Of a stretch of 64,000 bases of DNA, positions 11,055-22,147 are shown piece by piece. Source of the stretch: an uncultured Gammaproteobacteria bacterium. GTDB taxonomy: Bacteria > Pseudomonadota > Gammaproteobacteria > UBA9214. Numbering within the stretch: position 1 is the first letter of the stretch; every line of letters starts with the position of its first letter. A model generated the notes under the pieces. The model was not told where the DNA came from and searched no databases. It saw only the letters and a program-made list of their open reading frames with translations. Position numbers and translations under genes: made by a program. The stretch lies in contig CAVYZN010000011.1 of NCBI GenBank assembly GCA_963773065.1, forward strand, positions 302,287 to 366,286, read 5' to 3'.

Positions 11055-12513
11055 ATGAGTCCGTATTTACCACAAAACTGGACCGTTTCACGTTGGGTGA
11101 TCTGGCTAACCATGATTCAAATACGGGTATACGGAAAAGGCTCAACGTGAAAAAGTTGGGCCAACGGTTCTTGCGCATTACCGATATCCAGGATGACGCC
11201 GTTGATTGGAGTCAAGTGCCGTTTTGTGTCGAGCGATGATGAAGAAAAGCAAAAGTATCTTTTGCGAAAGGGGGATCTCGTCTTGTGCCATGGAACGGAT
11301 GCGACTGTAGGTAAGAGTTTTCTGATTCCTGCATCGATCCCGGAATCTGTTTTCGCATCCTATTTGATTCCGTTCGCCTGCGCCCTGACACTGACCCAAA
11401 GTCATGTTTCGTACTTCTTTCGCTCGTCCGACTACTGGCGGCAGATTAGCGAAAGCCAGGCAGGTATAGGGCAACCAAACGTTAATGGAAAGAAGCTGGC
11501 GCAAATCCAGATTCCCGTCCGCCCCTCGACCAACAAAAACGCATCGTCGCGGAAATCGAAAAACAATTCTCCCGCCTCGACGAAGCCGTCGCCAACCTCA
11601 AGCGCGTCAAGGCCAACCTCAAACGCTACAAAGCCGCCGTCCTCAAAGCCGCTGTCGAAGGCCGCCTCGTCGAAACCGAAGCCGAACTTGCCGCACAGGG
11701 ACGTGCGAATGCCGCGGGAGGCAGGAAGCCGGAAGCGGCCGACCGCCGCGAAGGCCGCAGCTACGAAACCGGCGAGCAACTACTACAACGCATCCTCGAA
11801 ACCCGCCGCAGCCAGTGGAAAGGCAAGGGCAAATACAAAGAACCCGCGCCAGACACCACCGACCTGCCCGAATTGCCGGAGGGGTGGGTGTGGACATTGC
11901 TCGATAGCCTAATCGTCGATGGCCCTCAAAACGGTCTTTACCTGCCGAAGTCCTTGTACGGTTCTGGCCACCCAATCTTAAGGATTGATGACTACCAGCA
12001 AGATTGGATACGACCAGTCGCAGAGCTACAGCGTGTGCGTGCCAAAGCGGAAGATGTCGCGACATACTCACTTCGAAGCGGCGACCTTGTGATTAATCGG
12101 GTTAACAGTCCTTCACATCTAGGCAAGGTTGCAGTCTGGGCGCCTAGTGCTGAGATGCCAATATTCGAGTCAAACATGATGAGGGCTGCTCTTTTATCCG
12201 CTGTGGTTCCACCTATATCGCGATTTACCTCCGTTCCGTGGATGGGCGAGCGCGGTTGACTAAGCAAGCGAAATGGGCCGTCAACCAAGCGAGCATCAAT
12301 CAGCAAGACGTATGTGGAACGCCAGTACCGTTACCGCCGCTTTCGGAACAAAGCCGAATCGTCGAAGAAGTCGACCGCCGGATGTCCCTTATTCGCGAAA
12401 CCAACGCTCAAGTTGACGCCAACACAAAGCGCGTGGAACGCATGCGCCAATCCATTTTGCAGCAAGCGTTTACTGGACGCTTGGTTGTAGATGTCTTCTC
12501 GTCGCGACGTTGA
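11055..12513 (+). CDS. hsdS: Type I restriction-modification specificity subunit (several frameshifts)
   Basis: LPQNW start, FLRITDIQ, GIGQPNVN, QKRIVAEIE, AVLKAAVEGRL, LPELPEGWVW, VNQASIN, PPLSEQSRIV, QSILQQAFTGRL. Confidence 0.85.
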
Positions 12514-12547
12514 GTCTATGACGCCCGCTGAAGCGATGAGAGGCTAA

Positions 12548-13470
12548 ATGAGAGTCTTGCCCGTTGAGCGTATTCCGGAAGAGTTGTGGGCTGCGAACGT
12601 ATTGCGGCTACCAAAGGTCGCTGTCAGTTGCTATAGGGACGAGCTAACTGCGCTAGGTTCGCTTGACGAAGCTAAGAAAGGAACAGACAAGAGATCGATA
12701 CATGGGGGGTGTGGAATTGCGGAAACACTGGAACACTTCAAATACCGATTCGGTGTTTCCGCTGGCCGAGTGGAATTTAGCGCGATTGCCCCTGACGCCG
12801 GTTTGGAGACAGTATCCGACGCGCTAATGGGCGACTTAACTGAAGGCCATGTGACGCTACTGGATATACCGTGTGGTAGTGGGTCGTCAGCGATTTCATT
12901 ATTGGCAACGCTTGGAACTTACGGGCAACCGGTGTCCTTCCGATGTTGCCGCTAACCCTCACAGTCGTCGGTGGTGACTGCTCTGATAAGGCGCTTGGGA
13001 TCTACGATTCGATGATGAAGCGGTTACGGCCGCTGGTCACAGCTTATGGAATCGAGATCAATTGGCAAGGGCTGCTTTGGGATGCAACCCGCGCCGACTC
13101 AACGGCGAGACTGATCGACCAATGGTTTGCCTCGGGTGCTGGCGCAGTCGAGTACATTGTCTGCATCGCGAACTTCAGTGGCGCTTTGACTAGCGCAGGG
13201 GTGTTCGACCAGTTCTCGCCCAGCTTGGAGCAGATACTCGGTCGCCTACATGATAAGAAAGGCGCGCTCATATGGGTTGAGCCTACGAGCACGAAAGTGC
13301 AGACCAAGTTCTTACCGAGGATTCTGGAATTTCTCAGTAAAAGAATTTCCTGGTTCTCATCTGGAACGGGCGGCACGGCGTTTACGTCTGTGAAATACGA
13401 GATGGAAGACCCACTCAATGGGAAAGCATTCGAGACTGGGGTTGAGGTCCAGCGGTTTGTGAGGAAATAG
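12548..13470 (+). CDS. Class I SAM-dependent methyltransferase-like protein, about 305 aa (one frameshift near 12920)
   Basis: ORFs 12548..12955 and 12943..13470 join. Motif I VTLLDIPCGSGSS, motif II-like LTVVGGDCS, later IANFSG and IWVEP. Confidence 0.65.
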
Positions 13471-13557
13471 GGAACATGGCCTTGAGTTCCAGTCTTCTTG
13501 GTCTGCGCGCACTTCAGGCAACGCGCCGCCTACATTTGCCGTCGTATGTTGGGATCC

Positions 13558-14847
13558 TCAGCAGAATCTGTGGGTGAGCTGTGGCTCGGGTAGCGCCCCA
13601 AGTTTATGATAAAGCATAATCTTTATCGCCTTCGCGGTTCGAAATCCGTAGGATGTTCTGATACTCGCCTTGAGTTTGTTGTTCAGGCCCTCGACTGCGC
13701 CGAGTGAGACTTCATCGCGCGCCTCGAACCAGTTCAGGATAAGCGGCTTGTGCGTACGGATCATGCGTGCGATCTTCTTCATCGGCTCAAGGCGCGATCG
13801 CATCACCTTTTTGCACCATTGGTCCAGGAACTTTTCCGCCCACGCCGGGGAGACATACTCCCAAAACAGCTGGAACTCTTCCTTGAGCAGGTAGGCCCGT
13901 ATGGATTTCAGGTTGTACAAGAGCAGATCCTTGAGCTTGGTCGCCTGGTTCTCGTTCAAGTTCTCAGGGCGCTTCAACAGACACCAGCGCGAGTGCGTGA
14001 GGATCACCTTCGCTCCTTTAGCGAGGAGTTTCAGAGCGTGTGTTTCCTTCGCGCGAACCTCATCGATGGCTTTGTTCATCTTGGCGGCAATGTGATAGCG
14101 ATCCAGGATGTTCAGCGCGTTGGGTGCGTGCTTGGCGATGACATTAAGATAGGGCTTCCACATGTCCGAGCAGACGAACTCGATGAGCGCACTACGTTCC
14201 TTGCCGAACCAGACGAAGAACTTACGCAGGCTCTTCTCTTGTCGATCCTCGATGACAAACAACAGCCGCTTCATACCCTGGTTGATCTGATACACCAGCG
14301 TGAGGAACTTGCCCTTCTTCCAGTAGATTTCATCCACGCCGATAGCCGAAATACCGGTGAGATCCATGCGTTCGCGTCCCCAGATCACCGCCATCTCGAC
14401 GGAGCGAAATACGCTCTCCCAGCTGGTCTGGAAGCGCCGGGATACCACCTGCCAGCTCAGCAGTTTGGCCCAACTGGCGAGGAACCAGGCAAAACTCTGC
14501 GTGACCGGGCGCTTGCCCAAGGCCCACGGTAGATGCTCCACGTGAATACCACACCGAACGCACTCCAGCCGCCGTGGCGCGTACACGAACCAAGTCGTCA
14601 TTCCCCACAGTGGCACAAATTGAAAGCACCGCTCCGCCAGCCTGTCGTACCCCGGCGCCGGCAACAGGCACTGCGAGCACTTGCCATGCTTGCCCTGATG
14701 CGCGCGAAGACCGATCTCGATGCTCGGCACACAGGCGGACAAGCTCCCCCTTCGAGTGCCGACCGCCGTGCTGATTCGGCTCGACTCATAGACAAACCCC
14801 TTCATCGGCTCAACGCGGTTGAGCAGCGTCTTCAATGCAAGGTGCAT
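13558..14847 (-). CDS. ISL3 family transposase
   Basis: CxxC zinc finger, IGVDEI, CSDMWKPY, LDRYHI, EGLNNKLK. Confidence 0.95.
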   Translation of the reverse strand: MHLALKTLLNRVEPMKGFVYESSRISTAVGTRRGSLSACVPSIEIGLRAHQGKHGKCSQCLLPAPGYDRLAERCFQFVPLWGMTTWFVYAPRRLECVRCGIHVEHLPWALGKRPVTQSFAWFLASWAKLLSWQVVSRRFQTSWESVFRSVEMAVIWGRERMDLTGISAIGVDEIYWKKGKFLTLVYQINQGMKRLLFVIEDRQEKSLRKFFVWFGKERSALIEFVCSDMWKPYLNVIAKHAPNALNILDRYHIAAKMNKAIDEVRAKETHALKLLAKGAKVILTHSRWCLLKRPENLNENQATKLKDLLLYNLKSIRAYLLKEEFQLFWEYVSPAWAEKFLDQWCKKVMRSRLEPMKKIARMIRTHKPLILNWFEARDEVSLGAVEGLNNKLKASIRTSYGFRTAKAIKIMLYHKLGALPEPQLTHRFC

Positions 14848-14876
14848 GGATCATCCAGTTCTGGGAAAATCGGAGT

Positions 14877-15149
14877 ATGCGGAACTGGCTCACCCTACTC
14901 AAGCGCAAAAACCCCCACGCCACCTCTGGCATCTGCGAGCAGTGCTCAAGCACTTCGCTCAAACGAAAGATCGCCACCTACCCGGTCGATCTTAATGGCA
15001 GGCTCGCCGGCAGACGCATCGATGTCTACCGTGTTGAACTTGATCAATGCCGAAAATGTGGCCATCTCATGCCCACCACAGAGGGACAAGCCAAGGTCAA
15101 ACGCTGTGTCAAAATAGGAAGAAATATCTTCCTTAAAAACCTCAACTAG
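14877..15149 (+). CDS. YgiT/MqsA-type zinc-finger passenger gene inside the ISL3
   Basis: CEQC...CRKCG, preceded by ggag RBS; lies within the IS boundaries. Confidence 0.55.
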   Translation: MRNWLTLLKRKNPHATSGICEQCSSTSLKRKIATYPVDLNGRLAGRRIDVYRVELDQCRKCGHLMPTTEGQAKVKRCVKIGRNIFLKNLN

Positions 15150-15589
15150 CCACACCGGCTACCCACATTTTGTGCGGAATAGCCGTATGTTGCAACGCGC
15201 TTTTTGCTGGAATCAGTCGCAGGGAGTTCTGATAGCTCGTGGGCGGGTGCCGTTTTGCCGCGGAAGTACCAGGCACGCAAGATGGGTCGCTTTCATCCGA
15301 TCCAAAAGTTCAAGAAGGCAAGAGAGGACGGCAGCCCAGAATACAGGGACTTTTATGTTCCCAGTCCAACAACTGCTATCACGGAGGCTTTGGTGCTCGC
15401 GAACATGGCTTCCTCTCCGGCCTTTGCGAAGCCAAGAAACGTATTTAGCTATTGGTGGCCAAACCGGCATGAATGTCCGTACAACTTCGAACAGTACGCG
15501 CCCGATGCCGGTAGCGCGTGGGTCTTCGGCTTCGGCGGCGGCGGCCAGGTTGAACCGCCCCGGGAATTCCGGAGACTCGGTTGTTTGAG

Positions 15590-16809
<1,220 letters not shown>

Positions 16810-18238
16810 AACTCCATCCTCTCAAGAAATGGAGTCTCCGGTAAACCCGGGGCGGTTCACTACGTTAAAGGATATAGAGCGCGCAATCGGGCAATTGAGC
16901 AGTATCTTGAGAAAAATAGGGACGTCGTGTTGGTCGTCTCGGATATTGAGAAGTTCTATCCCAGCATTTTGAGGAATCGAGTCACTGTACGGTTCAATAC
17001 ATCATTGCGCGAAAGTGCGATTGCCAAGGATGTGCAGGCCACTGCTTCGACCTTGTTGGAGCACCTTTTCGCCGGAGTGCCCGGAGATAGAGGTGTCGCA
17101 ACAGGCCCGGAGTTGAGTCACGTGATTGGTGACTTTGCGCTCAACCGCGTGGATGAAGTGCTAGCAGAGAGGTATGGGGATGCATACTTTCGGTATGTTG
17201 ACGACATTGTTCTCGCGGTCCCGCCTGGCGAGAAGGAAAGTGCGATTAGGTTGTTAACTGATCTTGTTGCGAATGAAGAGCTGACTATCCACCGAGACAA
17301 GACTGATGTTGTCTCAAGCGATGAATGGCTAGAGCATGGACCCCACCACACACATCGTATCGAGGAGAATTCGTTTGAAGCTCTTGTATTTATGCTCAAG
17401 GTTTACCTTCTCCGCAACCCTGATGCAGAAACGGCTTTAGCGGAACGTTTGAAAGCAAATGGGTTCGCAATTCCATTGGAACGTATTAGTTGGGCAGGGC
17501 GGAGTGGTTCCTTTTTGTGACCGTCTCACCCGGTTAAGACGAAGGGGATGGTGGGTCGCAATTCGAGCCCTGGTTGCTCGCGAGCGCGATGTGCTGGAGA
17601 AGGCGCAGATAGTACGCAAGGAGGTACGCGAATCACTAGACAGACTTCTCGCTGCAAATATGCCGCAGGGATCGACCCGCAGAAGGTGGTTCGTTCAGCG
17701 TCTTCGATATTTAACGAACAGGGCTTTCTACTTGATGCCCACCAGCGATCTGGAGTTTCTAGTCGAGCCGTTGAGTCAGTGGCCTGAGTTCGTTGAGACC
17801 GTTGCGCTACTGAAGATGCTTCTAGGGGGAAACATTAGCGAAATACTGACTATGCCTGGCCCCGGGCTATTAGCCGGCGCCGGATTGCTAAAACAGGCGG
17901 GAAGGAGATTGCCCGACATTGTGCAAGTGCCGAACCACAACCAAAGCATTGTCGATGCCTTATCTATTCTTTTGCTCTTTGATGTGGCGCGTGTTGACGA
18001 TGCTGTATTTGAAGTGTTTGTCAAAGATGACAACGAGCTTTTGAAATTTTGTGCTGGGCAGATTCCAACGTCTCGTGTCAGAAACGATTTTTCTTATATT
18101 GACGAAATACGTTGTCTTCAGCTGTCACGCACAGCGCACGACAATGTCGCAATGATTGAGAGCAGATTCTCAGATCAAGAAGGGGTGGTACTCGACGCCC
18201 TTGATATTGGTGGCGAGTATTCGTATTGAGGTAGCAAA

Positions 18239-18319
18239 GTGTCTAATTCACAGTCAAACATCGTCCAAAAACTCTGGAACTACTGCAACGTCCTGCGCGA
18301 CGACGGCATGTCGTACTAA
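18239..18319 (+). pseudogene. Truncated duplicate of the hsdM 5' end
   Basis: VSNSQSNIVQKLWNYCNVLRDDGMSY-stop, near-identical to 22159-22215. Confidence 0.85.
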
Positions 18320-18336
18320 AAAAAGGGGCCGGATAC

Positions 18337-19847
18337 GAATGGCACTTACTTAAGGAACAAGCAACTGATGTAACAGATAAAAAAGGCTGGTCCGAGTGAT
18401 AAGCTATAAGTCGCCAGACCCATGCTAATCACATAAGGAACCAGCCTTTATGCATCCTAATCAACGCGCCGGTTTGCATCAACAACAACGTGTACGCCGC
18501 CATGTCTCAAACAGTGATTCTTATACCTTCTTCAACCTGCTTACCGGCCCGGAACTGCTGGAGCCAGTGGAATCGCTGTTGCCCGAACACCGGGAACGGT
18601 TGTTTCCACCGACCGAGACGCTGTCGATGTTTCTGGCACAGGCGATGAGCGCGGATCGCTCGTGCCAGCAGGCGGTGGATGAGGCGGCGATCAAGCGACT
18701 GGCAGGCGGTCTACCCCGGTGTAGTACGCATACCGGCGCTTACTGCCGGGCACGGCAGCGCTTGCCGGTGGGGATGGTCGCCACGTTGACGCGTCGCACC
18801 GCCCGTGTGATGGCCGAGCGCACGCCGCCGAGCTGGCACTGGCGGGGACGGGCAGTGCGGCTGGTCGACGGGGCAACCGTGGCGCTGCCCGATACGCCGG
18901 ACAACCAGGAGGTCTATCCGCAACCGGGCAGCCAACAGCCTGGCCTGGGGTTTCCCCTATGCCGTTTGGTCGGCATCATTTGTCTGGCCAGTGGTGCGCT
19001 GCTCGATGCGGCCATGGGGCCTTGCCGGGGCAAGGGAAGCGATGAACAGTCGCTGCTGCGCTCGATACTCGATGTGTTGGCGCGCGGTGACATCTTGCTG
19101 GGCGATGCCTTCTATGCCACCTATTTTCTATTGTGTGCGCTGCGGGAGCGGGGCATCGATGGCGTCTTTGAACAACACGGCGCCCGCCGGCGGCGCACCG
19201 ACTTTCGCCGCGGGCAGCGGCTGGGAGCGCGGGATCACGTGATTGAACTGCGCAAACCGAAGCTCAAACCCGCCTGGATGAGCCAGGCCGACTACGATCA
19301 GGCACCGGATACCCTGGACGGTGCGGGAACTGCATACCGGCGGCAAGCTTCTGATAACCACCCTGCTGTGCCCGAAGCAAACCACCAAAGCGGCACTGAA
19401 GGGGCTCTATCGGGACCGCTGGCAGGTGGAGCTCGATCTGCGCAACATCAAGACCACCCTGGGCATGGAGCGGTTGAGTTGCCGCACCCCGGCGATGGCG
19501 CAGAAGGAGATCTGGGTCTATCTGCTCGCCTACAACCTGATCCGACTGCTGATGGCTCAGTCGGCCTTATTGACCGACCTCCTGCCTCGGCAGCTGAGCT
19601 TCAAACACACCCTGCAGATCTGGATTGCCTGGCGGCAAAGTGGGACCGGGAGCGACGATGAGCGTCAACTGGCACAGTTGTTCCTCCTGATTGCGCAACA
19701 GCGGGTTGGTAATCGCCCGGGGCGCATCGAGCCAAGAGCCATGAAACAACGGCCCAAACCCTTTCCACTACTCACCAAACCGAGATATATCGCCAGGGAG
19801 AAATCCAGGCATATGGACACCCGAAGAAGCTTAAGTAAGTGCCATTC
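18337..19847 (+). mobile_element. IS4 family insertion sequence
   Basis: Perfect 18-bp IR gaatggcacttacttaag / cttaagtaagtgccattc; 11-bp TSD gggccggatac at 18326-18336 and 19848-19858. Confidence 0.95.
18450..19838 (+). CDS. IS4 family DDE transposase (frameshifts; end approximate)
   Basis: AYCRARQRL, LVDGAT, LGDAFY, YRDRWQVELDLRNIK (YREK motif). Confidence 0.85.
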
Positions 19848-19920
19848 GGGCCGGATACATTTTCTGACCTGAGCCGGAGAATATAACTGTTTCTGAAAAA
19901 TATATCCGACCCCTTATCTT

Positions 19921-20565
19921 ATGAACACCCTCCGCCTCCTTTCCCATGCAGCCGCAACCATGCCGGCTGGCACGTCGTGGTACCTCGCCGATCTGGGCGA
20001 GGCGCGCGGCAAGCAGGAGCTGTTCACGCGCCAGGCGCCGCAACGCCTCAAGACGCTGCGCGAGCATGCGCTGATCGAAAGCGCCGTATCGAGCAACCGC
20101 ATCGAAGACGTGACGGTGGAGCCCGGGCGCGTGCGCGAATTGATTCTCGGCCAGCCGTTGCTGCGCGACCACGACGAGGAGGAAGTGCGCGGTTACCGCG
20201 ACGCCTTGACCTTGATCGACGATAATCCCGCCGGGCTGCCGGTAAACGAGGCGACCGTCCAGAGGCTGTACCGCCTGGCGCGCGGCGAGATTTGGGATGC
20301 CGGCAAGTACAAGGATAAGGACAGCGACATCATCGAGCGCTATCCGGATGGCAGCGAGCGGGTGCGTTCCCGCACGGTGTCGGCAGCCGGGACGCCGGCG
20401 CGCGTGGCCGAGCTGGTGGCGGATTGGCGGCGCTGCCTCGACGAACGCTGGATTCACCCGCTGATCGCGCTGGCGGCGTTCAATCTGGATTTTCTCTGCA
20501 TTCACCCGTTCCGCGACGGGAACGGGCGCGTGTCGCGCCTGCTCTTGCTGCTTCAGTCCTATCAT
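19921..20565 (+). pseudogene. Fic family protein, C-terminally truncated
   Basis: IESAVSSNRIE and HPFRDGNGRVSRLL; similarity ends just after the Fic motif. Confidence 0.8.
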
Positions 20566-20633
20566 CCGAGCCTTGCCCGTTTGCCAGTTCGTGCACAAGC
20601 AGTTGTTCGCGAGAAACCCGGCTCACCCTTTGG

Positions 20634-20703
20634 GACGACGGCATGAGCTACGGCGACTACGTCGAGCAGTTGACCTATCTGCTGTTTCTCAAAATGGCCG
20701 ACG
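20634..20703 (+). repeat. Second partial duplicate of the hsdM 5' region
   Basis: DDGMSYGDYVEQLTYLLFLKMAD, matching 22198-22267. Confidence 0.9.
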
Positions 20704-20790
20704 CCCCCGGTGGGGCTTTCTTCTCCTGACTTGACATCAGACCAGGGCAAGGTATTCTTCATTCGCGATTCGCGAACAGAGAATACGCCC

Positions 20791-21315
20791 ATGGTGCTTA
20801 AACCGCAGGATCTTCTGGTTTTGCTCAAGTTGGTAGCCTTGAAAGAAAATGAATGGTCATACAATAAGTTGGCAGTTGATCTCGGATTGAGCCCAGCCGA
20901 AGTGCATGCCGCCGCAAAGCGCGCCCTGACCGCCCAGCTCGCCGTCAGGAAAGATGGCAGGCTGGTACCCAACATCAGGAATCTGAGTGAGTTCCTGGTC
21001 CATGGCCTGCGTTACGTTTTCGTTCCCGAGTGGGGTGAGATGACACGCGGGATGCCGACGATCTTTGCGGCCCCGCCATTGAATGCGGTGATTTCACCGT
21101 CAGCGGAACCGGCACCCGTATGGCCAGATCCGGAGGGCGAATGGCGGGGCTCGTCATTTACGCCGTTGTATAAATCCGTCCCGAAAGCGGCCCGGGCAGA
21201 TCACAGCCTATACGAATTGCTGGTACTCGTGGATGCCATCCGGGGTGGCAAGGCACGCGAGCGCAGTATTGCCATCAAGGAGTTGGAGGTGCGGTTAAGC
21301 AGTTATCATGCATAG
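20791..21315 (+). CDS. HTH protein, putative AbiEi-like antitoxin
   Basis: MVLKPQDLLVLLKL, LGLSPAEVH HTH, HGLRYVF, PLYKSVP, LVDAIRGG; overlaps the start of the next gene. Confidence 0.6.
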   Translation: MVLKPQDLLVLLKLVALKENEWSYNKLAVDLGLSPAEVHAAAKRALTAQLAVRKDGRLVPNIRNLSEFLVHGLRYVFVPEWGEMTRGMPTIFAAPPLNAVISPSAEPAPVWPDPEGEWRGSSFTPLYKSVPKAARADHSLYELLVLVDAIRGGKARERSIAIKELEVRLSSYHA

Positions 21316-22147
21316 GGAACCTCTGATTAATTCCGTTCGCCCTGAGCCTGTCGAAGGGCAATTGATGCAACATACTGATTTCTCAGCGTCCTTCGTTCGT
21401 GGTTCGACAGGCTCACCACGAACGGAGGAATTAATCAGAGCTTCCCTAGGGAACGGAATCCTAATCTCGAGATACTCGATCGCGTGGTGCAGCGGCTCGG
21501 CCCTCTGACCAATGAGATGGTATTTCTCGGTGGTTGCGCAGCAGGCATGCTGCTGACAGACAACGCTGCTCCGCCTATTCGCGTGACACAGGATGTCGAC
21601 GTGATTACCGAGGTCGCCTCGCTTAAGGACTATTACCGACTCGCGGAGCAGTTGCGTGCACAGGGTTTTCGTGAGGATCAAAGCCCGGGTGCGCCCGATA
21701 TGCCGGTGGGCGGCACCCGGTGTGCTGCTGGATGTCATACCAACTCGGCCAGAGATATCTGGGGTTTGGCAATCGCTGGTATCAACCCGCATTGGAGCAT
21801 GCGGTATCGATCAATTTGCCTCCGGTGCAAGCATCCGCATGGTCACGGGGCCGTATTTCCTGGCCACGAAACTCGCAGCGTTCGAGAGCCGTGGCGGGGG
21901 CGATTATTTTGCGAGCCATGACATGGAGGATATGGTCGCTGTGCTGGATGGACGGCCAGAGATTGTCGATGAAGTGATACACGCTGATGAGGTCCTGCGA
22001 GAACACCTGGCTGAGCGATTTATCGCTTTGTTGGGCGATACGGATTTTGTCGCAGCCCTACCTGGTCATTTGCCAGGTGACGCGGCGAGCCAGGCGCGTG
22101 TGCCATTGGTTATGGAACGAATGACAGCGATAGCGGAAAGCAAATGA
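21308..22147 (+). pseudogene. AbiEii-like nucleotidyltransferase, interrupted by a MITE after codon 2 and carrying further frameshifts
   Basis: After MITE removal: MHRERNPNLEILDRVVQRLGPLTNEMVFLGGCA..RVTQDVD..FLATKLAAFESRG..SHDMED. Confidence 0.65.
21313..21448. mobile_element. About 135-bp MITE (tagggaacctctgattaa ... ttaatcagagcttcccta) with an internal palindrome
   Basis: Terminal inverted repeats, TA(G) duplicated, internal cgttcgccctgagcctgtcgaagg / ggttcgacaggctcaccacgaacgg; second copy at 45502. Confidence 0.8.

Larger units (their letters stand above)
13552..15184 (-). mobile_element. ISL3 family insertion sequence
   Basis: 8-bp TSD gtatgttg at 13544-13551 and 15185-15192; imperfect 24-bp terminal IRs (ggatcctcagcagaatctgtgggt vs ggctattccgcacaaaatgtgggt). 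Confidence 0.95.

Noticed and set aside
12514-13475. Possible retron msr-msd or DRT ncRNA upstream of the RT
   Set aside because: Intergenic gaps are only about 35 bp and 5 bp, and I saw no a1/a2 inverted repeats. An ncRNA overlapping a CDS cannot be excluded without covariance analysis.
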